The notes below the pieces were generated by a model. It ran no database searches and had not been told where the DNA came from. It saw nothing but the letters and a program-made list of their open reading frames with translations. Both the position numbers and the translations under genes were made by a program. From Phallusia mammillata (lineage: Eukaryota), in assembly GCA_965637545.1 (NCBI GenBank), contig OZ281496.1, positions 28,334,001-28,398,000 on the forward strand: 64,000 nt of DNA, read 5' to 3'. This document shows, piece after piece, positions 39,201 to 52,100 of the stretch; the first letter of the stretch is position 1; every line of letters starts with the position of its first letter.

Positions 39201-41303
39201 AATCCCGGTGCCCGCTGTCTCACCAACCTACGACACTGGGAATGATATTTTATCGATGAAGTACGAAATCCAGGTAAAGATTTATCGGCCGAACGGTCCG
39301 GCGCGCCTGACTCATACCGATATAAAAAAAAGTGTTTGAAATTCTTCCCCGGGAGCGTCCTGGGTTGAAACCCCGTGAAAAAATTGCAAATTTAATCTTT
39401 ACTGTTACGCATTGAGAGCCAAAGCCTTTTACACAGGTTTAGGACACGTGACATAGACTTAGAGTGAAAAAAATAGGGCACCAGGGTTGCAGGCCCAACA
39501 GCTGTTTAACGAATTTGTTGGTGTACAAAGCATTTCTGTGTAGCACAAATCAAACGCAAAACGCTGTGACTTAATATTTTTCCGTGCCGTTATTAAGTAG
39601 CATCTTAGGGGCAGTTAAAACATATTGTCCATCGTATTTGATCTGGAAACTCATAAGCATTCGCTTTTTAACAATTACTTTTTGAAACAGTTAGACTTGG
39701 ATAACATACCTAATATTTTGGGGTCAGGTCCTGTAAAAAGCATGTATATTTTCCGTATTTTATTTGAGGTTGATATTTAACAACTAATATGTAAATAATA
39801 CATATGTTACAGACATTTAAAATAAAGAAAAAAACACTATAAATTAAAGCTAATATTAAAACAATGGAGGGCCGTATATATAAGGCAAAATGCTTTACCA
39901 TTTTTTCAATGTTATCATCTATGCGTGTATTTCCGCACGTCATGTAAACAATGATTTTACTGTTTTCATTTCACAAACTTCTACATTTCAGTGCATCATC
40001 TGTCTTCCGTCCTTTTACGACGACCTCATTCTCACGCTGCCCGTTGTCATAGGAACGTACCCGGAAGCGCTTGGCTCGTTGATGCGTAAAATGCCCACTC
40101 TTCCACCGAAAGGCACAATATTAAGGCCGGCTCCAAACGCAGATCTTGACTCGCCTGATTTTGCCTCATCAATTGAAGAAGGTATATTTTATTTAATTAT
40201 TGGAATTGCTACAGTTCACGGAAATATGGGGGTCTAAAATATACAAAATTCCCCAAAGAATTTCTGTTGGGAGACATCAATTGAAGAAGGTCAGGAATTG
40301 AAGTTTATTTGAATATTGGAATAGGTGCAGTTCAAACACGGTAACATGGGAGAACAGATCACGGTATATAATGTGCATTTTTCCCTAAAAATTAAAACAA
40401 ATGCCGTGGAAATTGTGTCAATGTTTTGATGTATGGTTTAGGAAAAGTGGGGCTAAAGAGACCGACTTTTGAAACTGTAAACAGAAACATTTTGTTTTTC
40501 AAAATCAATTACCACAAAGAAAAGGTTATTCCAAAACTGCCAAACTTTTTCTCTACATCGTGTTACAAATTAAAGCCTGCGAGCACAGTTTCGTTTGCCA
40601 CTATCATATATTCATGTCACCAGCCTTGTTAATGTTCTATGTAAAGTTGTGTTGCAACATATGGTGCATTGGCTGCATTTACTCACAAGGCTAATCCATT
40701 ATGCACAACCCATGTAGATTCTTACGTTGCTGCTTCACGACCCAATTATTTGCGGACAGTTTAGAAACTCGTTAGTCGAACATTTTGTTCGATAATACAG
40801 GAACACGTAGATACCTAGACATATAATATATAACAGTTGTACAAGGCCAATTTAAACGTTTTCGTTTCATTCAAAAAGGGGTAACTATAAGAACAACGCT
40901 GTACTTAAAAGCAAGGGTGGACGGTAATATTTTTCCGCAAGTTTTTGTAACAAACCAAACAAACAACAAAGGTTCAAATCATTTGAATAAGTTTATGGTA
41001 TTGCATTGACACAAACATTGATGCCCTGCCTTCATAAACTTCCGCAAATTGAAGATTTCCTTTTTACTTTAAGTTTCGACTAAAACGTCGCTAAAGAAAC
41101 GCAATCCTCCATCACCTCAAACTCAGTCAAGTTCAGAGTCTTCAGACAGTGAAGTTGAATTCCCTGATCCCGCGAACGGAATTGTGAATCCTGGTTATCA
41201 GGCGTCAAGTTTTTCTGAAAATCCCTCTGCTGACAGTAAGTTGGTGTGCCTAAATGAATCGGAAAGACGTTCTTTAACTGTCTGTTTCGCTTCAGATAAA
41301 TAA
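36225..41303 (+). CDS. Arrestin-domain-containing protein (alpha-arrestin, ARRDC-like), 388 aa. Exons 36225-36330, 36394-36495, 37379-37494, 37872-37976, 38292-38437, 39042-39273, 39992-40181, 41074-41235, 41296-41303
   Basis: N-terminal F.PGD.VTG.V and IELEWKGRV; IPFKHRLPNPIPPS...VRYSVEATL; CCCC...INKRAFYPGEDVLIQMAVVNN; LSMKYEIQ...LTLPVVIGT. All phases match and the total is 1167 nt. Confidence 0.85.
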
Positions 41304-41420
41304 CAACAGTCCTAACACAACATTAAATAATCTTAAACAATGACATAGAAATTTCAGTTGTTTGTTGCATTTGTTTTGCAAATTACTTGTTTTACAAAAG
41401 TTATTTAGTTTATTCTAGGT

Positions 41421-41600
41421 CAGGGGTTGGGAACCTATAACTGAAAAGCGAATTGTCGTTTTTGCATCTATGTTCGTGAATGCCACATCATTTTTTTCTT
41501 CAGAACGCAACTTCCAATATAATTGACCCCAATGTCACTCTTGAACACGAAAAAATGGAGTATAATAAAACGAAAGCAAAGCATAGGTTTCCGACCCCTG
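41421..41600. mobile_element. hAT-like MITE, 180 bp, followed by a second CAGTGTTTCCCAA end at 41609
   Basis: Ends CAGGGGTTGGGAACCTAT and ATAGGTTTCCGACCCCTG are inverted repeats. The flanks (TTCTAGGT vs TTAAAGGC) do not form a clean TSD. Confidence 0.55.
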
Positions 41601-43149
41601 TTAAAGGCCAGTGTTTCCCAATCTTTTATCGGCCTGTGAACCCTTCTTGTTAAACAGGTCCGTCTACAAAACGTCAGCGACCTCGCATGATAATGTACGA
41701 GGAAGTGAAAGAACGAGAATGGGTGATACGATACGCCAGATGTGGAACCCTTCCTAAAGTTGTCAAGGAGCAACCTTCAAAATCAACGTGACGATCTGTG
41801 TAACATTAGCAGTTACTTTCGCAGGGCTTAAAAACCCCATACCTGCGACATAGGCTTTTTGACTGTCAATGTTCGGTGCCTACTGGGTTGAAAAATTATA
41901 CTTACGTGTCCATACAACCTGTTTTATCTGTAACTTCTTAGCACTTTTTCCCGCTTTTTTGTCACAAAAGAAGTTGCACCTTTACCGTTCCAACTGTTTT
42001 TACACTTTTTGTGATACAAACTTGCATCATTTTTTTACAAATACTGAATTATTCTACTCAAACACTTGCTTGCTGTTCAGCACAATCAACCAGTTTCTTC
42101 AATCCGGTTGTTGAATGAGTCGAGGCATAGATACAGCTTCTTGGGCTATTTGGCAATTGCTTCATAGCTTGTTACTGGTTGCAAATGTGGATATGGTCAG
42201 TGATAACAGAATGGTTTTAGGTCGAGCACCCATACTTCAAACCAGGCTAGTTAGCTGAGTAGCTTCCCGTTACTTTGTAATGATTTTGCCCTAGCCGATG
42301 TTTAATGGGAATAACGGGATAAATCCAGAAATAAATCTGAATTGCATGTTTCTGTGGTGGGATTTGGTCATGAGGGAGTGTTTTAAATAATTTAGTATGA
42401 AAAAAACACAGTCAATGCCAACTTACTTCTTATTTCAACTTCAGCTGAAGGAAAATAAATTTTGGCATTATAAAGTGACCAATTTCCCCTAATGATCTCG
42501 CCAAGTGTTTCTTTCCGACATTTGAACCAGCGACCCCATAGTTTTCATTCAGCGTTTTCTACTAGTCACTACACTACGGAGCAGCTTGTCCAAACTCCAA
42601 CAGTTTACACATCTAAATCCTATACCAACAGTAAGTACATAACGTAGAAAACGACAGAAAGCTATTATTTTCTGGCTTTTTTTCATTGACATTTGCATAA
42701 ATTTACCTATGTAGAGGTCTACGGGTTTGATCTGTAAGGGCTTTTCAACCGTAGCCTACTTAAGCTACCTTTTGGCTAAAGCCGAAATGTTAAAACATAC
42801 GTGTTTTCGATATAGATGGCGAATTACAGGCATTTTTCAAAAAAGCCATCTTATAAATCTTTCAACCTAGAGACGACAAATCGCTTCCAAAACTTTCAGT
42901 TTGTCATGAAACAAGTGCAATTTACAAAATATTTCTACACATGCCCAAGGAGCTTCTTGTTGAATGTTTAAAGCAAAATATGCAAAAAAAGGGAGCAACA
43001 TTTTCGGCGAAACAGAAATACGCCAAAGTTTTTTTAAATTTAGTAGATTACACACAGTTTAAAAAATCAATTCAAAGTTGTTTCGAACTCAACCAGTTGC
43101 AAAACATGGAAAGAAAAGCCAATCTCCCCAAGGCAGTTCTGGTTACTTT

Positions 43150-46100
43150 ATCTTCCTGCGGAAAAGCGCATGTCCATTAAATTCACTAATTGGTGCAACA
43201 AGACTTGCCAATGGTCGGTTGAAGAGCGCACGTGTTACGTGTCAGAAAGGCGCGTTGTGATTGGTGGAAAGGAAAAGAAAAAAGATCAGGCCACACTCTT
43301 TGGGTGCGTGCGGTCGGTCAGTCTTTCCTTTGATGCTCGCGTGGAAGGTGGATGGTCAAGTGGAGTTTATACAGGTAAGTCTGTTCTTGTAAAGTAAATA
43401 AAATGGCATCGATGTGAAAGCAAACTTGGGGGCACACTAGTTGGCTTCCCCACCGATATATTATGTATGCTGTTGTTATGTGAGTTTGCAGATGCATGGA
43501 ACTACTGTTGCTTTATTGTTTTGGTTTAGGTTGCGTTTGTGGTCTTATGCATGCATCCTGCACGGATAAGCCACCGAGTTAATACATGAAACATGAAAAC
43601 TACTGAACCACACATGCAGACAGGTACGTTAATATGTTTACAACAAATCTAAGCAATAAAACGCCTAGATTTAGTCACGAACTCGTGAAGATAGTATACA
43701 GTGCACTTAATCTTGACGTGTATTTAAAACGTATAGTGTAAATTAATTTATATATGTTTGTGTAGGTTTTGGTTCTGCTTTTTGCTTTGTTTTCCGAAGA
43801 GAACAACAGTCGCGTAGATCCGAGATGCAAGAGGGGAATTAGAGCCAAACCGATTCAGCTAAGTTGCCTTGGTTTTTACGTTATTCGCTTCGTAATAACT
43901 TGGCCATTTAGAGTTAGTTGATAAACTGTAAAACAGCAAGAATTCCAGTTTTGCACGGCGATTTGGCATGTTACACTGTGTGTTTGGCCTGTCACTTGTG
44001 TTCCGATTGTTAAAGATTATACGTAAACTAGATTTAATACTAAGCATTGCGTTTCTTGGTTTTTCTTCTGCTTCTATTTGTAGGAAAATAACGAAACATG
44101 GAGAACTAAACTTGAAATTAGTATAGCGAGCATTGTAAAAGCATAGTTTGCATGGTAATTTGGCTTGTTGCACATTGTGATTTGCATGGCACGTGTGTTC
44201 TTACTATTAATAAGCCTAATAAAATATGTTAAGTTAACAGAAAATTAATTGTAAGTTGGTTTAGCTAAATGCTTTTTTTAATTAAAAATTATTTGCAGTC
44301 GCTTTAAAGGCAACAGCAGCCGTGTAGAGCCAAGATGGAAATTAAAGGCAACCGATTGAAGTTAAGTCACCTTGTTTTTCAGTTAATTTTACGTCGTAAT
44401 TACTTGGCGGTATAGTTAGTTAGTTTATATGTATTAACGATTTTAGTTTTGCTTGCTCACTTGGCATTTTTCACTTTGTGTTTGGCATATGTCACGTATG
44501 TTCCGACCACTAGATAGTTAGCATTGGGTTAAGAAAATATTATAAGTTAACTAAATTTTGTATAGTTTGTTGAGTTTCTTGGTTCTGCCTTTATTTTTTA
44601 TAGGAAGGCAACAAAACTGGAATCGTGTATACGAAGAACAAAGACTTGCAAATCTTCGAAACGATTTTAGTTAAGTTAACCTTTTTGTGGTTTAAATGTA
44701 ACTTAGTTGTTAGGTTGTAGTATAAGGCGAAGATGTGAGGTATGCATGGTGGATTTGGCATGTTGCACTTTGTGTTTTACATCACTCGTGTGCTTTGACA
44801 ATTTGAACAGTGTCGTATAACGTTTATAGTTAGTCGAAAATGTTTTAAAAGACAATGTTTAATCCTAGAAACGGCAATTTTAAAAAACGATTTTAACTTA
44901 CTTGTCAGACACAACACCGAGGTGCATGTCGTGACTCGTCAAACTTTGGAACAATTTATTTGACAGATAAAAACTCAGTAAATTTGCGTAAATTCAAAGT
45001 CTGTTAAAGATGTAAACCAGTTGCCAACATGGTCTTTTTATTCCTTAGTTTCCGTGGAAATGTGCAAGACCATGTGCATCCAATGATGGTTCAACCGTTC
45101 CATGAACATTTAACATATGGAAACATGACAAAAGTTTTCCCAACTACAACAAGCAAACAGGCACGTAAATGTTTATTAAACCAACATATTAAAACGCTTA
45201 GATTTAGTTACAAGCACGTGAAGATAGTATACCGTGCACATATTCTATCTTGACGTGTTATTTAAAAACGTATGTAGTGTGAACTATACTAAAAATTGTG
45301 TTGTTCCTTGGTACTTCTTCTGCCTTGTTTTCAGAAGGCAACAGCAGTCGCACAGAGCCTAGCTGCAAGATGGAAATTAAAGGCAACCGATTGAAGTTAA
45401 GTCACTTTGCATTTTTTGTGGTTTTACCGTCGTTATTACTTGGCGGCATTTATCTTTAGTTAGGATTATAGTTTTGAACGCTCACTTGGCATGTTTTATC
45501 TTGAATCGTGTGCACGGAGAACCGATATCTACAATACTTCGAAACGATTTAAGTTAAGTCAACGTAATTCATAAGTCATAGTGGCCTAAATGTGATTTAG
45601 TGGTTAGCTTACAATATAAGGCGAAGATTTTAATTTTGCATGGTGATTTGACATGCTGCACATTGTGTTTTGCATCACACGTGTGTTGTTACTATTACTA
45701 AGCTTAATATAATGTGTAAAGATATCAACAGCAAATTAATTGTAGTTTAGTTAAATATTTTTGTTTTTTGAAATTCTGTGCAGTCGCTTTGAACTCAACA
45801 GCCGTCGCATAGAGCCAAGATGAAAATTGAAGTTAAACCGATTGAAGTTAAGTCTTCTTGTTTTTAGTATTTTGTTGTCGTAACTACATGGCCGCATAGT
45901 TAGTTGTTTATCTTTAGTAATGATTCTAGTTTTGCATGGTCACTTGGAATGTTTCACTTTGTGTTTGGCATGTCACGTGTGTTCCGACCACTAGGAACTA
46001 AATTTTATAGAATTTTTATTATTAGAAATTTGCTTCTGCCCCTGCCTTTCTTTTTATAGGAAGGCAACGAGACTTGAAACGTGACCACGAAGAACGAAGG

Positions 46101-49100
46101 TTTACGATGCTGAGAACCGATTTATTTAGTTAACCGGATACCGGACTTCCGTAGCTTAAATGTGATTTAGTTGTTCGGTTGTAATATGAGGCGAATGTTT
46201 TAGTTTTGCATGGTGATTTGGCATGTTGCACATTGTGTTTTGCATCACATGTGTGTTGTTACTATTAGTAAGAGTGTCGTGAATTGTAACTTTTGTTGGA
46301 GGTCGAAAATATTTTAAAAGACGGTATGTTTAATCGTAAAGACGTAAAGAAATGTGACTTTGGCGATGAACCTTAGGTAAATTTGCATCAATTGAACGTT
46401 CATTTAGAAATAAACCAGTGGTCATGTATGGTAGAATAAGTCAATCTGTCAAGAGTAATACTTGTTTCTTTTATTCTTTATAGTTTCCGTGAGAAAGTCC
46501 ATGTATATCAAGTGATGGTTGAACCGTTCAATGAACATAAGTTATCGGACTACAACAGGAAGCAGGCACGTTTCACGTTAAATCAACATTACAAAGCGCC
46601 TATATTTAGTCAAAAACATGTAAACATAGTATATCGTGCACATATCCTATGTTTGCATGCTTCTTAAAAGGTGTTGAGTGTCCATAAATAATAATGTGTT
46701 GTGTTTCTTGGTACTGCTTTTTTTCTTGGTACTTTCAGAGGGCAACAACAGTCGCGTTGAGCTAAGATGGATATTGAAGCCAAACCGATTGAAGTTAAGT
46801 ACCCTACTGTTAGCATAATTGGCAACTCATAATTTAGTTGTTAAGCTGTAGTGTAAAGGGACTCTGCATGCTGGTTTGGCATGTTGCACTTTATATTTGG
46901 CATGTCACGTGTGTTCTGACTACTAGATTGTCAGCATCGGTGTAAATAAAATATGTAAAGTTAACTAACTTAGATTTAGTTCGTTGTGTTTCGCTTCTTC
47001 GGTTCCGCTTTTGTCTTTCTTTACATAGGAAGGCAACAAGACATGATTGGACTTCTCGGAGAGCCGAAATTGACTTCAAAACACGATAAAAGCTAAGTCC
47101 AAATTATTTTTAAGTTTTTCGTGACTTACATAACTTACATAGCTAGTTGTTAAATTGTAGTATATCGAGGTACATGGTGGTTTGGCATGCTGCACTATGT
47201 TCTGCATGTCACGTGTGGCCTGACTGTTATCTTCAATATTAAATCAAATGTAGTTTAGTCTCAATTAGGTTTGAACATCTTATGCCGCTGTATGTCTTGC
47301 AGGCGAAGTTTTTGCAAAGCATGAAAATCTGCAAAACCAGTGGGTGAATCCAGTTCATACACGGACAAGCTAGAAGTAAGTAAACAACCCTGGTGTAACA
47401 TTTTTGGTTACATGTCTAGGGTAGGGATAACGTCGCTAATTTATTGTGTTTTGTTTCAAAAACGTCGACCCTTTGCTGTAAATTTATTCGCACCGAAGTG
47501 CACTTTCACACTATAGTTTCATACTCGTATCGACCTGTGCTGTCTTGCTGGACCCTAGGGATCCTTGACCAACAGTTAAATCGTTAGTGCAATAAGTAGT
47601 CTTTTAAGCTTATTTCTACAAACTAAATGAGTGTTTTTATTTTATTTAGTTGCCGTTGATATTTGCAAGAGATACTAATGTGTATTTTTTCTTCTCTTTA
47701 GTTGCTGCGGAAATGCGCAAGACAAACCGACCGCGCCCGGTGTGAAGTTCGAAACCAGCAAGCGTTTTAGCGGAAAGCAGAAAAAGCATACCACAAAATG
47801 AGGGCTTGACATGGGCGCGTGCGATCGGTCATTCTTTTTCAGTGGGTCGCGTGGATGGTGAAATGCAGTCTTTGGAGGTAATAGTTTCCTATCGTTGCAA
47901 CAGCAAACTTTGGTGTTATTCTGCAAAAATACCGAAATTTAATTTCTTGCATAAGTTGGCTAAGCTTTTGTAATGCATAGCACTCCTAACGGATTGTTTT
48001 TTAGGGTTCGTTTGTACTTTTGTGCATCCATTGGTGTTTGAAACGCATAGCAAACAGTTAAAGGCAACAAGCAAACAGGCACGTAAATGTTTTCATTAAA
48101 TTGAAATAATGAAGCGCCTAAATTTAAATATTAAAATCTGAAGATAGTGTATAGTGCACATATTCTATCTTTGCATGTCGCTTAAATCGTGTAGTGTTTA
48201 TTAAATTCAGTGTTGTGTTTCTTGGTACTGCGTTTGTTTTTCTTTCGTAGGCAAGAACAGTCGCGTAGAGCCAAGATGGAAATTAAAGCCAACCCGCTTG
48301 AAGTTAAGTTACCTTTTTCATGTCCAAGTTAGTTGGGTACATGCCTTGGAGATTTATAGTTTTTTAGTTGTTAAGACTGATTTTATAGTAAAGTATAGGA
48401 TATTATAGTTTTCCTTTTGCATGCTGATTTGGCATGTTGCAGTTTGTGTTAGGCATGTCACTTGTGTTCCGGCTACTAGAGTGTCAGCATCGGTGTCAAT
48501 AAAATCTTAGAAGTAAACTAGATTTGGTACTGTTTGTGGTGCTTCTTGGTACTGCTTCTGCCTTTCTTTTTGCAGCAAGACAACAAGACGTGTATGGTAC
48601 TCGGAGATCCAAGATTGACCTTTAATCGAATAAAGTTAAGTGTAATTGTTTTTTAAATTTTCCCGTACTTACATAAATAATTTGCCGCAGAATTGACAAC
48701 CATATTTAGTGACCTACCTAGTTGTTAAATTCCAGTCTATCCAGGTGCATGGTGATTTGGCATGTTGCACTTTATGTTTTGCACGTCACGTGTGCTTTGA
48801 CCATAAGTATGCGAAATAAAACCTTTAAAAATAACAAATGTAGTTTGGTCTCAATTAGGTATAAACATCTTGCGTTGCTGCACGTCTTTTTGCAGGCGAT
48901 TGATCGTTAAAGTTTCTACGAAGCAGGGAAACCAGGAAAAGCATTGGAGGAATCCAATTCATATGCGGAAGTGCTGAAACTAAGTAACGATCCTGGAGAA
49001 ACAAGCCACATACCTAGGGTAGGGATAAATGTCGCTAATTTGTTGTGTTTTGTTTTAGAATCGTCGACCCTTTGCTGTCTTACAGGACCGTAGGGATTCT

Positions 49101-52100
49101 TGACCAACCGTTAAATCCTCGCAGGTTAGTGCATATACAACGTCCGTAGTCGTGAATCTTTAGCATATCTACAAACAAAATGCGTGTATTTTTTCTCTTT
49201 AGTTCCCGCGGAAATGTGCAAGACTGACCCGTCCGTGCGTTCATATGAAGTTCGTAATCGGGAAACGTTTTGATCGATCATTCTTTTTCTTTGTTTATCG
49301 CGTCGAAGGTGAATGATCGAATTGGGTCTATGAAGGTGATTTAATGTAAATTTATTCGTATACACTTGCACACTAGTTTTATTCTGCAAAAATGTCTGGA
49401 TTTAATTTGTGTTTAATAAGTTGGCTTGGCTTCACTAAATGCATGGCATTGCTAACGGCTCGTTTTTAAGGGTTCTTTTGTACTTGTTTGCATCCGTTGA
49501 TGTTTAGAGCTGAAATTGAACAGAGGCGGAAACATATCTACAAAAAGTAAGCAGGCACGTAAACAACCCCAGAGGAACTTTCATATGTCGAATGACTGGA
49601 ATAATTATCGCTAATATTTTTACTTTAGGATTGTCGACCTGTGCTGTCTTGCTGGACCGTAGGGATCCTTGACTAAGAGTTAAATCCTTCGCAGGTTAGT
49701 GCAATACAGCGTCTGTGGTCTTTAATCTTTTTATGATCTTTAATTTGTGTTTTTTATTCTCTTTAGTTGCTGCGGAAATGTTTAAGACGAACCGACCGTG
49801 CACATGTGTGACGTTCGAATCCAGCAAGCGTTGATTGAAAGCAGAAAGAAAACTAAGACCACATATTTGGGCGCCTGTGATCGGTCATTCTTTTTCAATA
49901 GATTGCGTGGATGGTCAAATGCGGTCGATGGAGGTAATTCAAACTTTGGTGTTATTCTACAAAAATACCGGAATTTAATGTGTTGCATAAGGTTATTAGC
50001 TTCTCCAAATGTATGGCACACCTAATGGATTGTTTTTTAGGGTGCGTTTATACTTTGTTTGAAACGCATAGTAAGCAATTGAAGGCAACAAACAAACAGA
50101 CACGTAAATGTGTTCACTTAATTGAAATATTGAAGTGCCTAAATTGAACCAATACCGTACAAAAACATGTAGTGTAAATAATAATTGTGTTGTTTCTTGG
50201 TGCTGCTTTACCTTTGTTTTTAGAAGGCAACAAGAGTCGCGTAGAGCTAAGATAAAAGAAGGAAATTGAAGCCAAACCGTTTGAAGTTAAGTCATCTTGT
50301 ATTTTTAGTGGTTTTACGTCGTAATTACGTAGCCGCATAGTTAGTTTAGTAAAGTTAGGACTCTATAGTGCATGGCGATGTGGCATGTTGCACTATGTGT
50401 TGGGCATGTCACGTGTGTTCTGATTACTAGATTATTAGCATCAGATAAAAAATGTATAGTAAGTAAACTAGATTTTGTATTGTGTGTTGCGTTTCGTAGT
50501 CTTGCTTCTGCTTTTCTTTTAATAGGATGACAAGACCTAAATCGTTTACACGGTGAACCCAAAATGAAAACCCTTTCGACTTCAAACCGATTAAAGTTAA
50601 GTTAACCCGACTTTTTAGGCTTTTGTGGCTTAAAAAGGTATGATGGTTTGGCATGTTGCACTTCAAGTTTTGCATTTCGCGTGAGTTCACACTTTTACGT
50701 AAGCATGATAAAACCTTAGAAGATAACAATATTACATTAAATGTAGTTTAGTCTCTATTAGGTTTGAACACTGTATGTTGTTTTACGTCTTGCAGGCAGT
50801 TGTCCGTTGAAGTTTCTACGAAGCAGGCAAACCTGCAAAAACGGAGGAATCCGGTTCATATGTGGACATGCTAGAACTAAGTAAATAATCGTCGAGTAAC
50901 ATTTTTATGCACATGCCTAGGAATAAATGTCGCTAATTTGTCAACAGTTAATTCCTCGCAGGTTAGTGCATATACAACGTCAGTAGTCGTGAATCCTTTT
51001 TATCATATCTACAAACAAAATGAGTGTATTTTTTCCCTTAAGTTCCCACTGAAATGCGCAAGACGGACCCGTCCGTGCGTCCAAATGAAGTTCGTAATCG
51101 GGAAACGTTTTGATCGATCGTTCTTTTTTGTTGTTGATTGCGTCGAAGGTGGATGATTGAATTGGGTCTATGAAGGTGATTTAATGTAAATTTATTTGTA
51201 TCGAAGTACGCTTATACACTAGTTTCATTCTGCAAAAAATCCCGGGATTTAATGAGTGTTTAATAAGTTTGCTTGGCTTCTCTAAATACATAGCACTGCT
51301 AATCGTTCGTTTTTGAGGGTTCGTTTGTCGTATTTTGCATTCGTTGATTCAATCTTTTTTCGTATCTCTAACGTGTTTTTTTTTCTTTTCTTTAGTTGCT
51401 GCGGAAATGCACAAGACGTACAGGCCGTGGGTCCATGTGACGTGCCGAAAGCACGCCGTAACTGGAAAGCAGAAAGAAAAAAGTAGATCACATTTTTTGG
51501 TCATTCTTTGTCAGCAGCTCGCGTGGATGTTCAAACGGGATCTGTCGAGGTAATTCTGTCAAGCAAATAATTTCGTATCTATGCGATAGCAAACTTTGGT
51601 GTTATTCTGTAAAAATACTGGAATTTAATTTGTTGCAGAAGTTTGCTTAGCTTCTCTAATGCATACCACTCCTAATGAATTGTTTTTTAGGGTCCGTTTG
51701 TACTTATGAGCGTCCATTGATGTTTGAAACGCATAGCAAACAGTTATTAACTATTAAATTAACTATTAAAATCTAAAGATAGTGTATAGTGCACATATTC
51801 TATCTTTGCATGTCACTTAAAACTTACAGTGTTTATTAAATTTAATAATGTATTGTGTTTCTCGGTATTGCTTTTGCTCTGTCTTTCGTAGGCAACATTA
51901 GTCGCGTGGTGCCAAGATGGATGTTAAAGCCTTAACGACTGAAGTTAAGTTACCTTGTTTTTAGGTTTGTGATGTCCTAATTAATGTAGTTGGATTATAG
52001 TGTCAACATCGGTGTTAATAAAATATAAGATGTGAACTAGGTTTGTAACTAATGTGTATTGCGCTTCTTGGTTTTGCTTCTGCCTTTCTTTTTGCAGAAA

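Noticed and set aside
46215-46245. Resemblance of TTTGGCATGTTGCACATT to miR-96 (TTTGGCACTAGCACATT)
   Set aside because: The seed differs and no complementary arm was found that would place this sequence in a canonical precursor; treated as chance.
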